In this document: piece after piece, positions 47,035 through 56,240 of the stretch
Position numbering within the stretch: the stretch's first letter is position 1
Layout: the number at the start of each line of letters is the position of its first letter
Source: Promethearchaeota archaeon
Lineage (GTDB): Archaea > Asgardarchaeota > Hermodarchaeia > Hermodarchaeales > Hermodarchaeaceae
Reading direction: 5' to 3'
Assembly (NCBI GenBank): GCA_048939625.1
Contig: JBHLPH010000001.1
Location: 149,649 to 213,648 of the forward strand
Length of the DNA: 64,000 nucleotides
Position numbers and translations under genes: made by a program
Notes under the pieces: generated by a model
Told to the model about the DNA's origin: nothing
The model's input: the letters and a program-made list of their open reading frames with translations, nothing else
The model's database searches: none

Positions 47035-48432
47035 ATGAATAAAATGAAAATCCTTCCAATAGTGGCTCTAGCGCTTGCATTTGCGGTTATTTTCGCACCA
47101 ATGACAACAATGGCTCTTCCACCCGAAACATACGTGCCAGGTAGTGAAGCAGCAATCTTCGACCACACGTTTGCAGAAGTGGGTGGCTGGACCAAAGAAG
47201 TCAACATAACCGACGATGATACAGGTAATCATGTGGAGCTCATTATGCACCACATTAACTATGACGGAACGGGGGCTTTTGAAGCAGCCCTACTCGCCGT
47301 TGGCGATGTGTATCTTGCTGAAAATGATACCCATTCCACATTTCCATACCAGCTTTTTGGTATGCACTTTACAACTCCAACAGGCCATGAAATCTTCACA
47401 GGTGCTGTGTTCGCCTTCATGTTCGCTTTCAACGATACGGGCGCAGGTGATCACCATAGTAACAATGTCCGTGATGCTGATGAAGACTTTTGGTTCGTTG
47501 TCCCCTATGGTTGGGATGGCGGAAATCGAACTGCAACACCCGAAGTTTCTGCGATAACTATGGACGACAGTACACCTGGTGAATACCGGTTTGGTGTCAC
47601 CTACGAGAACCTCTATGCACGAATCGTTGATCGAGGAAGCCTACTTGGATTCATTGTTACCCTTGGACTTCCACTCTTTGAAGTACAAATTAGTGAACTA
47701 ACCTTTGAATACGTGGTCACCGTTGATGAAGACACCGGTGAAATCACTGCTGAAACCTATTATACTATTGGACAAGTTCAAGCCCTATATGCACTCGGAC
47801 AATCCATTCCTATAGCCGATGTACACGAGGCATTTGAAAACGTCACCGTTGGTGCAGCCCACTTTGTAAGTGCGTGGGGTTCGAACTACTACACTGACAC
47901 TGGCTCAACAACCCCAACTCCAGCAGCAGACTGGCAATATGCAAATATCACCACAGACGCAGCAGGTAACCAACGTGCATTCGCTGTTGGGGTCCGTGGA
48001 ACCTATGATCTTCTCAACGAATCCGATGGTAATGCAGTGATTAGCTCAGATAACCCAGCCTATAGCTGGGTTATGACACCTATCCTCGCTGACTTACTTC
48101 TAGTAGCCTGGCAATTTCCATTCTCTGCCGACTTTCTCTCGATTTGGGCCTATGCTGTCGCTAGTCCTACGCTACAAGGACTTTATGATGGCCCACGTGA
48201 CCTCTACAACCATGCAGATACGGCATTCAACAACATCGCATTCTGGTATGCAATTACCTTCCCCAAGTTTGGTGGTTATCGTATAGTCCACGATCCCGTA
48301 TACACTGCTTATTCCAATATTGGTCAAGCAGCACCACCTGGAATTCCTGGATTCCCATGGGAAGCCGTACTTATTGGGGTCGTCACCTGTTTGGTGGCTG
48401 TCTTTGTAGTCCGTCGTCGCAAGAAAGCATAA
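47035..48432 (+). CDS. Secreted protein of unknown function (paralogue B) with IPGFP sorting tail
   Basis: Signal peptide MNKMKILPIVALALAF; PPGIPGFPWE + TM + RRRKK. Confidence 0.85.
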   Translation: MNKMKILPIVALALAFAVIFAPMTTMALPPETYVPGSEAAIFDHTFAEVGGWTKEVNITDDDTGNHVELIMHHINYDGTGAFEAALLAVGDVYLAENDTHSTFPYQLFGMHFTTPTGHEIFTGAVFAFMFAFNDTGAGDHHSNNVRDADEDFWFVVPYGWDGGNRTATPEVSAITMDDSTPGEYRFGVTYENLYARIVDRGSLLGFIVTLGLPLFEVQISELTFEYVVTVDEDTGEITAETYYTIGQVQALYALGQSIPIADVHEAFENVTVGAAHFVSAWGSNYYTDTGSTTPTPAADWQYANITTDAAGNQRAFAVGVRGTYDLLNESDGNAVISSDNPAYSWVMTPILADLLLVAWQFPFSADFLSIWAYAVASPTLQGLYDGPRDLYNHADTAFNNIAFWYAITFPKFGGYRIVHDPVYTAYSNIGQAAPPGIPGFPWEAVLIGVVTCLVAVFVVRRRKKA

Positions 48433-48460
48433 CTTCCTATTAGGAGACCCATCGTTCCTG

Positions 48461-48510
48461 AATCCGCTCGTCTCATGTAGTCGGGCGGATTTTCTCTCCT
48501 TTTTTATTTC
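48461..48510 (+). terminator. Hairpin plus T-tract terminator
   Basis: AATCCGCTCG...CGGGCGGATT then ttctctccttttttattt. Confidence 0.55.
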
Positions 48511-48578
48511 ATCTGAATGAGAGGCGATGATAGTTACCGAGTGTATTGGGAAGACGGAATGGGTTAAAAGCTCTTTAA

Positions 48579-48593
48579 GTTAACAGTGTTAAC
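48579..48593. promoter_or_regulatory. Palindromic site GTTAAC-agt-GTTAAC abutting the start codon
   Basis: Inverted repeat immediately before ATG 48594; same TTAAC-N3-GTTAA core as 52324. Confidence 0.4.
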
Positions 48594-49292
48594 ATGCCAG
48601 TACGTGAGATTATTGAAATCGACGAAGAGAAATGCACCGGCTGTGGTGAATGTATTCCCAACTGTGCTGAAGGAGCACTCCAAATTGTTGATGGGAAAGC
48701 CAAACTCATCCGGGACGATTTATGTGATGGACTCGGTGCCTGTTTAGGTCACTGCCCTGAAGGTGCACTCACAATTATCCACCGAGAAGCGCCCGAGTTT
48801 GATGAAGAGGCTGTAGAAGAACATTTGGGAAAAACTGGTGCACCTGAATGCCTCTCCTGTGATGTGAAAGTTGACGGTTCTAGTGTGGAAACACCGTACC
48901 AGATTAGTGGCGAGGTGGTTCCGATAGGGCAACGGCAGTGGCCAATTGCCTTACAGCTGGTTTCAATAAATGCCCCCTTTTTCAAGAATGCAGATCTGTT
49001 AGTGGTTGCAGATTGTGTACCATTTTCGTATCCACAATTTCAACAGGAGTTTCTACAGGATAGAGTGTTGGTATATGGATGTCCGAAATTCGATAATGCC
49101 CAATTCTATGTGGACAAACTCACAGAAATTTTCCGTACAAACTCAATAAAGAGCATCGCAATGCTGAAAATGGAAGTTCCCTGTTGTTCAGGGTTGCAAC
49201 GCATCGTCGAAAGTGCTGTGAGTCAATCGGGAAAGAATATCCCAGTTGAAAATATCACAATTGCACTGCAAGGCAACAAAAAGTCTCCGTAG
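48594..49292 (+). CDS. 2x[4Fe-4S] ferredoxin-domain protein with a Cys-rich C-terminal domain
   Basis: CTGCGECIPNC, CDGLGACLGHCP; QWPIAL, ADC, GCPKFD, MEVPCC. Confidence 0.88.
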   Translation: MPVREIIEIDEEKCTGCGECIPNCAEGALQIVDGKAKLIRDDLCDGLGACLGHCPEGALTIIHREAPEFDEEAVEEHLGKTGAPECLSCDVKVDGSSVETPYQISGEVVPIGQRQWPIALQLVSINAPFFKNADLLVVADCVPFSYPQFQQEFLQDRVLVYGCPKFDNAQFYVDKLTEIFRTNSIKSIAMLKMEVPCCSGLQRIVESAVSQSGKNIPVENITIALQGNKKSP

Positions 49293-49299
49293 AGAGATA

Positions 49300-49797
49300 T
49301 TAGCTCGTAGATTGGGTCCGTCCGATATCATCGATGGCGTGCTGGATTTCCGCATACGGAGGTTCGATGGCCGGATTGTCGGTGATCCACTTCCAACGAA
49401 TGAACCCTTCCGGGCTAATCACAAACACCGCCCGCTTCGCTGCTTTATAGTCCTTCAGTTCGCCTAAGCCCTCTTGAACAACATCATAGGCTTTGATGAC
49501 AATCCGGTTGTAATCGCTAAGGATTGGAAACATGAGGCGATTTTGTTCAGCGAAGGCTTTGTTCGTGAAAGGGTCATTCACACTTATAGCAAGCACTTGA
49601 GCGTTAACAGATTCGAAATTAGCGAGCGTATCACGAAAATGGCACAACTCCCTGGTGCATACAGCAGTAAATGCACCTGGGAAGAAGGCAAGGACAACGA
49701 TTTGCCCTTTGAATTCTTTTAGGGTGCGAAGTTTGAGTTCAGTGTCATAGAGTTTGATTGGTGGCGCTGATTGACCGATTTGTAATCGTGAAGACAA
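49300..49797 (-). CDS. Peroxiredoxin (BCP/AhpE-like)
   Basis: FFPGAFTAVCTRELC, LSDYNR, KRAVFVI. Confidence 0.9.
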   Translation of the reverse strand: MSSRLQIGQSAPPIKLYDTELKLRTLKEFKGQIVVLAFFPGAFTAVCTRELCHFRDTLANFESVNAQVLAISVNDPFTNKAFAEQNRLMFPILSDYNRIVIKAYDVVQEGLGELKDYKAAKRAVFVISPEGFIRWKWITDNPAIEPPYAEIQHAIDDIGRTQSTS

Positions 49798-49866
49798 GAT
49801 AGATTCCTCACATCGATTAATGAATGTGTTTTATGAAAAGCCTTTGCCTAATGTGAGTAAATAGTG

Positions 49867-50178
49867 TCATTTACTCATTTGGGTGCGGAGCTCTCGGTGA
49901 TACCGCATACCTGCAGAGGTTAGACGGTAAGCAGAGAAAGTTGTGTTTGGACCAACTGAATGGATGCGGCTACTAGGACAAGCGAAGCGGGAGCTGCAGC
50001 TCAGGCAATCTTTACCATGTTTGGTGATAACGGTAACATAACCTAGTTGAATAAGTGGAGATAACATGGAATGGAGTTCGTCTTGAGAAAGGTTAAGGCT
50101 AGACGCTAGTTGATATTCATCTATGACTCCAGCTTGTCGAATTACTTCCAACGTCTTCAATTCCATGATTATTTTCAC
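49867..50178 (-). CDS. FeoC-like winged-helix protein with Cys cluster
   Basis: LASSLNLSQDEL..ML..L-QLGYV HTH; CLSCSSRFACP wing. Confidence 0.65.
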   Translation of the reverse strand: MKIIMELKTLEVIRQAGVIDEYQLASSLNLSQDELHSMLSPLIQLGYVTVITKHGKDCLSCSSRFACPSSRIHSVGPNTTFSAYRLTSAGMRYHRELRTQMSK

Positions 50179-50270
50179 CTTGAGCGAGTGTAATTCAATA
50201 TGCTAGACAACTCGCGTTGAAAACCCTTCCTAAAGCCTTATAGTATTCCAATCCTGCTTTAAGTGAGAAC

Positions 50271-51674
50271 TTGGAGGTCAATGGTATGCCAGCACCTAAA
50301 CTTGGACTCGCGAACCCCAATGAACTAGCCCTCTTCCTAGATTATTACGAACTCACTAGCACCAAAACAGATTTTGATCATCAAAACGATGCCATAGTAA
50401 CCCAAGAATATTTTGTGCGATCCCTGCCTTTTGGAAGTTATTTGATTAGCGCGGGATTAGAGCAGGTCATCGCTTACATCTTAAAGCTGCGATTCGAAGA
50501 GAAGGACCTGGGATGGTTAGAAGCAACTTCAGGACCCGACTTTCGCAACGGTTTCTTAGATTTTCTTATGAATTTCAAATTCAGTGGAGACATTTATGCA
50601 GTTCCAGAAGGAACCATCGTGTTTCCTAATGAACCAATTATCAATGTAACAGGCCCCACCATTGAAGTCCAACTCATCGAAACATACCTGTTGAATGTCA
50701 TGAATTTTCAGTCGCTGGTCGCGACAAAGACGGCGCGAATGGTGGATGTCGCTGGGGAACGTACGATAGTGGATTTTGGTGCTCGTCGTGCCCACGGTCG
50801 TGATGCAGCAGTATTGGCAGCACGAGCCGCTTTTCTTGCAGGAGCAACGGGCACATCCCTAGTGTTAGCTGGTAAGATATGGGATATCCCTTACATCGGA
50901 ACTATGCCTCATGCTTTTATTCAGAACCGTCCCAACGAGTTGCAAGCCTTTCGTGAATATTCGGCTTCCTTTCCCTATAATACAATCCTATTAGTCGACA
51001 CCTATGATACACTCGAGGGAGTTCGGAATGCCATTATTATTGGGAAAGAATTGCACGAACAAGGATATCGTCTCACCGGTATTCGTTTAGATAGTGGTGA
51101 TCTCGCCAATCTCAGCATTCAAGCCCGGCAACTCTTAGATGAAGCTGGTTTAACAACCGCAAAAATCTTTGTGAGTAGTGATCTCGATGAATACCGAATC
51201 GAAGAACTAATTCGTGCAGATGCCCCCATCGATGGATTTGGTGTAGGAACCAGACTCGTTACTGGCGCAAACTTCAACCCGATTACACGTGAAGGAGGAG
51301 TCTCCGCCCTTCCTGGAGTGTATAAACTCGTTGAACGCACCGGAAAAGACGGGCAAGCCATTCCAAAAACCAAACTAAGTCCTGACAAAGTGCTACTACC
51401 CTATCGTAAACAAATCCATCGTCAATTCGATGAAAACGGATTATTCCATCGTGACACAATCTCTCGATGGGAAGAAGAAATTCCCGATTCTAAGCCCCTC
51501 TTAATTCCGATTATCCAAAACGGGACTCTCACCTATAACTTTCCAATGCTTGAAGAAAGCAGACAGTATTGTAAAATCCAACTTAGCTTATTATCCAAAC
51601 CCTATCGGTTGCTCAGTGAAGCACCGATTTTTCCTGTCAAATTAAGCCCAGAGCTTGAGAAGGTCACAAGCTAG
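50271..51674 (+). CDS. pncB: Nicotinate phosphoribosyltransferase
   Basis: DYYELT, DFGARRAH, GTMPH, LVDTYD, IRLDSGD, GFGVGT, VYKLV. Confidence 0.93.
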   Translation: MEVNGMPAPKLGLANPNELALFLDYYELTSTKTDFDHQNDAIVTQEYFVRSLPFGSYLISAGLEQVIAYILKLRFEEKDLGWLEATSGPDFRNGFLDFLMNFKFSGDIYAVPEGTIVFPNEPIINVTGPTIEVQLIETYLLNVMNFQSLVATKTARMVDVAGERTIVDFGARRAHGRDAAVLAARAAFLAGATGTSLVLAGKIWDIPYIGTMPHAFIQNRPNELQAFREYSASFPYNTILLVDTYDTLEGVRNAIIIGKELHEQGYRLTGIRLDSGDLANLSIQARQLLDEAGLTTAKIFVSSDLDEYRIEELIRADAPIDGFGVGTRLVTGANFNPITREGGVSALPGVYKLVERTGKDGQAIPKTKLSPDKVLLPYRKQIHRQFDENGLFHRDTISRWEEEIPDSKPLLIPIIQNGTLTYNFPMLEESRQYCKIQLSLLSKPYRLLSEAPIFPVKLSPELEKVTS

Positions 51675-51711
51675 AGTATATAGTAGTGATCTAAACCCAA
51701 GACATGCATTC

Positions 51712-52260
51712 CTATTTCTTCAGACCGTTCAGGATTGATTTCGCATCAGTGATATTAGCGCCATAATATTCCTTCAAATAGGCAAGTCCCGATTCATGGT
51801 CCTCTGCAGTAAAGGAATCGACACCATCTTCTGGCACTAAAATTTTATACCCGCGGAAAAAAGCGTCAGCAGCTGTATGTCGAACACAAAGGTGGGTATG
51901 GAGTCCGGTGAGAACCACGGTATCGACTTTCCGACTTCGAAGGATGGAATCTAATGGTGTTTCATAGAAGCTGCTATACACGTGTTTCCCAATGACAATA
52001 TCCTCATCAGTGGGTGTCAGTTCGGGGATGACTTCGGCACCTTTAGTGCCTTCAATGGCGTGAGCACCCCAACGATCCATTTCAAAATCGGTGTCAAGGT
52101 GACTATCATTCGCAAAAATTACTGGGAGTTTGTTTTTATGAAACCCATCCATGAGTTCCCGAATGTGAGGAATAATGCGCTGGGCTCGGTCACATTTGAG
52201 AGAGCCCGTGACGAAATCATTTAGCATATCAACGACGATTAGTGCCTTCATTGTACTCAA
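51712..52260 (-). CDS. pncA: Nicotinamidase/isochorismatase-family cysteine hydrolase
   Basis: VDMLNDF, DSH, WGAHA, K..YSSF, LCVRHTA; convergent with pncB. Confidence 0.8.
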   Translation of the reverse strand: MSTMKALIVVDMLNDFVTGSLKCDRAQRIIPHIRELMDGFHKNKLPVIFANDSHLDTDFEMDRWGAHAIEGTKGAEVIPELTPTDEDIVIGKHVYSSFYETPLDSILRSRKVDTVVLTGLHTHLCVRHTAADAFFRGYKILVPEDGVDSFTAEDHESGLAYLKEYYGANITDAKSILNGLKK

Positions 52261-52323
52261 CAGTGTAAAGATTCTATCTCGTTAAAAGAGTATTGAACTG
52301 GCGAAGAGCAGAACGACACATTA

Positions 52324-52342
52324 TTCTTAACTATGTTAAGAA
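52324..52342. promoter_or_regulatory. 19-bp palindrome TTCTTAAC-tat-GTTAAGAA upstream of the ferritin TATA box
   Basis: Perfect 8-bp inverted repeat; AAATATAAA follows at ~52352. Confidence 0.5.
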
Positions 52343-52410
52343 GTTCACTACAAATATAAAGAGGAACTTGCTACGCTTCCAACAACTCTTATGTATGGAA
52401 GTGTTGATGC

Positions 52411-52905
52411 ATGGAAATTAGCAAAGAACTTCAAGATGCAATAAACGATCAAATAAATTTCGAACTCTATTCTGCTTACATCTATCTTTCTATGGCAGCC
52501 TATTTTGAATCCGTTAACCTGAATGGCATGGCACATTGGATGAAACACCAAGCTGGTGAAGAATACGAACACGCCATGCGATTTTGGACCCATATCTCTG
52601 ATCGTGGAGGTCGAGTCACTCTTGCTGAGATTAAAGGACCTGCCACTGACTGGGATTCACCTCTAGCTGCTTGGGAAAACGCCTATGAACATGAAAAAAT
52701 TGTTACTGAGCGAATCTTCAAAATCGGAAAACTAGCCGAAAAGATGGGAGATAAATCAGCAATCCCCATGCTCAACTGGTTCTATGAAGAACAGGTTGAA
52801 GAAGAGGAACAGACCCAAAACGTCGCCATTTTACTCAAAGAGATAGGAGATTCAAAAGGCGCACTATTCATGCTCGATAACCGCTTGGGTCAGCGAGGCA
52901 AGTAA
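52411..52905 (+). CDS. ftnA: Non-haem ferritin
   Basis: INDQINFELYSAYIY, QAGEEYEHA, HEKIVT, LNWFYEEQVEEE. Confidence 0.95.
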   Translation: MEISKELQDAINDQINFELYSAYIYLSMAAYFESVNLNGMAHWMKHQAGEEYEHAMRFWTHISDRGGRVTLAEIKGPATDWDSPLAAWENAYEHEKIVTERIFKIGKLAEKMGDKSAIPMLNWFYEEQVEEEEQTQNVAILLKEIGDSKGALFMLDNRLGQRGK

Positions 52906-52945
52906 GCAGGTTTGCCATAAGTTTTAGTTTCTCTAGAAAATACCT

Positions 52946-52990
52946 TGCAGGTGGGTGATATCTTCTATCCATCTGCATTTCATTTTTCTT
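52946..52990 (+). terminator. Hairpin plus T-tract downstream of ferritin
   Basis: TGCAGGTGGGT...ATCCATCTGCA (with G-U pairs) then tttcatttttctt. Confidence 0.45.
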
Positions 52991-53085
52991 ACCTTTACTA
53001 AGCATTTCGAGTGTTTCTAGAAAAAAATATGAATAAGGGCACTAAAGATTCATTTGGTTTTCACAATTGGAATGGTGGATTCTTT

Positions 53086-53217
53086 ATGGCCAGAGTTCAA
53101 AACATAGGCGAAAAGTATAGATGTGAGTGGTGTGGGAATGAAATCGAAGTCACAGCAGCCGGTGGTGGAGAGCTTCGATGTTGTGGATATCCCATGAAAC
53201 GATTAGGACGATACTAG
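53086..53217 (+). CDS. Stand-alone desulforedoxin-type Fe(Cys)4 protein
   Basis: YRCEWCGN..GGGELRCCGYPM; start at 53086. Confidence 0.85.
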   Translation: MARVQNIGEKYRCEWCGNEIEVTAAGGGELRCCGYPMKRLGRY

Positions 53218-53286
53218 CTAATTATAAGTCACGCCACCTCATGCACTAATGCCAAATTCCCTTCTGAAGCGATAGGAGGTAATAAA

Positions 53287-53787
53287 ATGGGAACAAAAGG
53301 TCGTGAAATCGTCCAATATGACCTCAAAGAACTAGTCGAATTATTGAACAAAGCCCTTGCAGATGAATGGTTTGCATACTATCAATATTGGATCGGTGCA
53401 AAAATCGTCGTTGGCCCTATGCGTGAAACTGTTATTAGCGAACTCGAAGAACATGCTAATGAGGAACTCGAACATGCAGGAATGCTTGTGGAACGCATTA
53501 TTCAACTAGGTGGGACGCCAATTCTAAGCCCCTCAGAGTGGCAGTCGAAGACCAATTGTGGATATGAAGCGCCTACAGATCCATTCGTTGTTCCGATTTT
53601 GAAACAGAACATCAAAGGCGAGCAGTGTGCAATCGACACTTATACAAAAATTATAGACAAAATCAAAGGCAAAGACCCAATAACGACCCATATCATCTAC
53701 AAAATCTTGGCTGATGAAGTTGAACACGAAGAGGACCTAGAAGCCGTCATGGAAGATATGGAAGCCGCGAAGAAATTCTTCAAATAG
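53287..53787 (+). CDS. DPS-like/bacterioferritin-related ferritin-like protein
   Basis: LNKALADEWFAYYQY, EELEHA, RIIQLGG, GEQCAI, DEVEHE; GGAGG RBS. Confidence 0.88.
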   Translation: MGTKGREIVQYDLKELVELLNKALADEWFAYYQYWIGAKIVVGPMRETVISELEEHANEELEHAGMLVERIIQLGGTPILSPSEWQSKTNCGYEAPTDPFVVPILKQNIKGEQCAIDTYTKIIDKIKGKDPITTHIIYKILADEVEHEEDLEAVMEDMEAAKKFFK

Positions 53788-53857
53788 CTAAGGTCTATAT
53801 TAGTTGTGTTTGCGAGTCAGTGGATTCACTTCACTTGGTTCGCAGCTTTTTTTCTTT

Positions 53858-54784
53858 TTAAAATCCTAAGACCACTAGCCATACTCCACTAATAGAGAGA
53901 ATGGTGCCTAGAAGAATGAGAGGTGTGACTTTTTCTTTCAGGTAAATGATGGTAAAGGGGAGTGCAAATAGAGGAGCAGTCGCAGCGATGACAGATGTTA
54001 CTGCAGCACCCGTGAAAAAAACAGCATTCACATAAAGAATTGAACCGATACCCATACCAAAGAATGCTGCGATAAGAACAAGTTTGGTTGCCTGTTTGGT
54101 TGGAAGAGGCATGCCCCGCTTTCGGGCAAAAAGGAAGACGGGAAGTAAAAAAAGTGATCCAATTATAATTCGAATAAGATTGGAGTCGATTGGATCAGCG
54201 CCAACTAGCCCAAGCTGTAGGATGACTGTTGCTGTTGACCAGAAAAGTGCTGCCCCAATCGCGAGTGAGATGCCAATCTTATCCCATTTAGAAACAGATT
54301 GATTCACACCCAGTAGAATAGCGTCCTGTTCTTGTAAAGTCTGTTCTCGAGTGATTATACTAATCCCAAGAATTGCGAGAACCACACCAATTAAGCGAGT
54401 AAGGAACAGGGGTTCTTGCAGGAAGAAAATAGACATGAAATAGGTGATGAATGGGAAAGTCATTGCAATTGGAAACGCCCGAGAAACTCCGATGCGTGAT
54501 TGACTCGTTAAATACAGAAGGTCACCGATTCCTGCGCCAAAGATAACCGATAAAGCCAGGAACGGGATTGATGCAAGAGGTACATTGAAGCCTGTCAGAG
54601 GAAGCAAAAGGAGGACGGCAAAGACAATAATTGGCAAGGCAATCCACATCTTAAATGCATTAATGGCAACAGGTTGGATGCCAGCACTTTGGGATTTGTA
54701 GACGACGTTTGACATTCCAAAAAGAGCAGCACCTAGAATTCCCATGAAGACGCCAGCGAGAAAGAGCTCAGGAGAAGTTACCAT
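53858..54784 (-). CDS. DMT/EamA family transporter
   Basis: Ten hydrophobic segments in two repeats; IGVSRAFPI, LKEKVT. Confidence 0.88.
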   Translation of the reverse strand: MVTSPELFLAGVFMGILGAALFGMSNVVYKSQSAGIQPVAINAFKMWIALPIIVFAVLLLLPLTGFNVPLASIPFLALSVIFGAGIGDLLYLTSQSRIGVSRAFPIAMTFPFITYFMSIFFLQEPLFLTRLIGVVLAILGISIITREQTLQEQDAILLGVNQSVSKWDKIGISLAIGAALFWSTATVILQLGLVGADPIDSNLIRIIIGSLFLLPVFLFARKRGMPLPTKQATKLVLIAAFFGMGIGSILYVNAVFFTGAAVTSVIAATAPLFALPFTIIYLKEKVTPLILLGTILSISGVWLVVLGF

Positions 54785-54915
54785 TCCAAATCGCCATGAA
54801 TTGTTCTTTAGAGGCTTCGAAGTGGGGTTTTAATCTAAAAACATTGCAGAGAGGCAAGTTTTTTCAAGAGGATATGAACAAGGGGGGTACACTTTGGACG
54901 CGGAGGTCGACTCCC

Positions 54916-55473
54916 ATGTACCCAATTGACACGTTACTTGATGAACATAAATTGGTTGATAGAGTTTTTGCAATCATTGAGAAGGTTCGTGATAAGCTAG
55001 AAGATGAAGAAGAAATTCCTGCCCCTATTTTTTGGAAATTAGTTGAGTTCATTCGCGGTTATGCTGATGTCATTCATCATTCAAAAGAAGAAGACATCCT
55101 CTTTGAACAGATGCGTGAGCATGATACTGATCTACCAAAAGAAGTTGATCGGAATATAGCTGTGCTAATCGAAGAACACATCGAAGCTTTAGATCTTGCG
55201 AATGAAATGCACAAAGGTATTCGAGCCTATCAACGAGGTTCATCGGAGGGACGTAAGAACATCCTAAAAGCCGTGAATGAGTATCTCAACATTATGCAGC
55301 CTCACTTCAAGATGGAAGAGGACGAAGTCTTTCCAGCCATGGTGAAAGTGCTCAGTCAAGAAGAAAAAGACAAGATGAAAGCTGATTTCGAACGATTTGA
55401 TGAGATACTTGGTGGCAAAGATGTCCATAAACGGTATGAACAGATTGTGGATGAACTAGAAAGAACATTCTAG
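54916..55473 (+). CDS. Hemerythrin-like (HHE) domain protein
   Basis: LLDEH, HHSKEEDILF, EEH, HFKMEEDEVFP; start 54916 after GGAGG. Confidence 0.88.
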   Translation: MYPIDTLLDEHKLVDRVFAIIEKVRDKLEDEEEIPAPIFWKLVEFIRGYADVIHHSKEEDILFEQMREHDTDLPKEVDRNIAVLIEEHIEALDLANEMHKGIRAYQRGSSEGRKNILKAVNEYLNIMQPHFKMEEDEVFPAMVKVLSQEEKDKMKADFERFDEILGGKDVHKRYEQIVDELERTF

Positions 55474-55566
55474 GTTTAAGTAAATTCCCCTCGAACTCTT
55501 CACCGATAAAAAAGCAAATCTTTTTCGACTAAACCACTGTAAATACTGGATTAACCCTTCAACGAA

Positions 55567-56190
55567 GTGGTAGACATGACTCCATCTAATGAAGAAAAAC
55601 GTTCAATAAATTGGGACCGTATTTTTGGAGGAATTGCCTCAGTCACCTTCGGTTTACAGCTCCTGGCATTCCTGGTTGTCCTCGGAGCAGGCATCGTCTT
55701 CGTGTTAATGCTTAGTGGCATTTGGGGAATACTCGTCGCAAATGAAGATGTCTTCATTTTTGTCCTCCTTTTAGGCGGCGGCTTTGCATTTCTACTATTT
55801 GTTTGGCTCCTTGGAATATTTCTGAGGTTTCACCGAGGAGTACGACGTTTCATTGTAGGTCCAGGCGTGGGGCATATCGATGCCGATGATTCGGCAACTA
55901 AGACAGTTCTTACCCTCTTTGCTATTTCGACGCTTTTTGTACTCGTTGCAGGTATCTATGGATACTATTTACTATGGAAGTACATACTACAACCGTGGGG
56001 CACCGCGTGGCTCGCATCAATGGGATTAACAGGAATTCTATTTTATGAAATCGGTTTACTCATCGTGTTTATTGCCCTTGGAGTTATCATCATTACATTG
56101 ATTATGCAAGCCCTTACCCTGTTAATCAACCGTTATACGGGTCATCTCGTCACATCAATTGATGAATTCACCGAAGAATCTGAATCCTAA
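55567..56190 (+). CDS. Four-TM hypothetical membrane protein
   Basis: Four hydrophobic helices. Confidence 0.7.
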   Translation: MVDMTPSNEEKRSINWDRIFGGIASVTFGLQLLAFLVVLGAGIVFVLMLSGIWGILVANEDVFIFVLLLGGGFAFLLFVWLLGIFLRFHRGVRRFIVGPGVGHIDADDSATKTVLTLFAISTLFVLVAGIYGYYLLWKYILQPWGTAWLASMGLTGILFYEIGLLIVFIALGVIIITLIMQALTLLINRYTGHLVTSIDEFTEESES

Positions 56191-56240
56191 ATAGATCAAA
56201 GACGTCACAGTCTAATACTGCCTGTCATACACAAAGAAGC

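Noticed and set aside
52928-53024. TTTCTAGAAA-like palindromes around the ferritin terminator
   Set aside because: Short, AT-rich, and one copy is imperfect; not distinguishable from chance.
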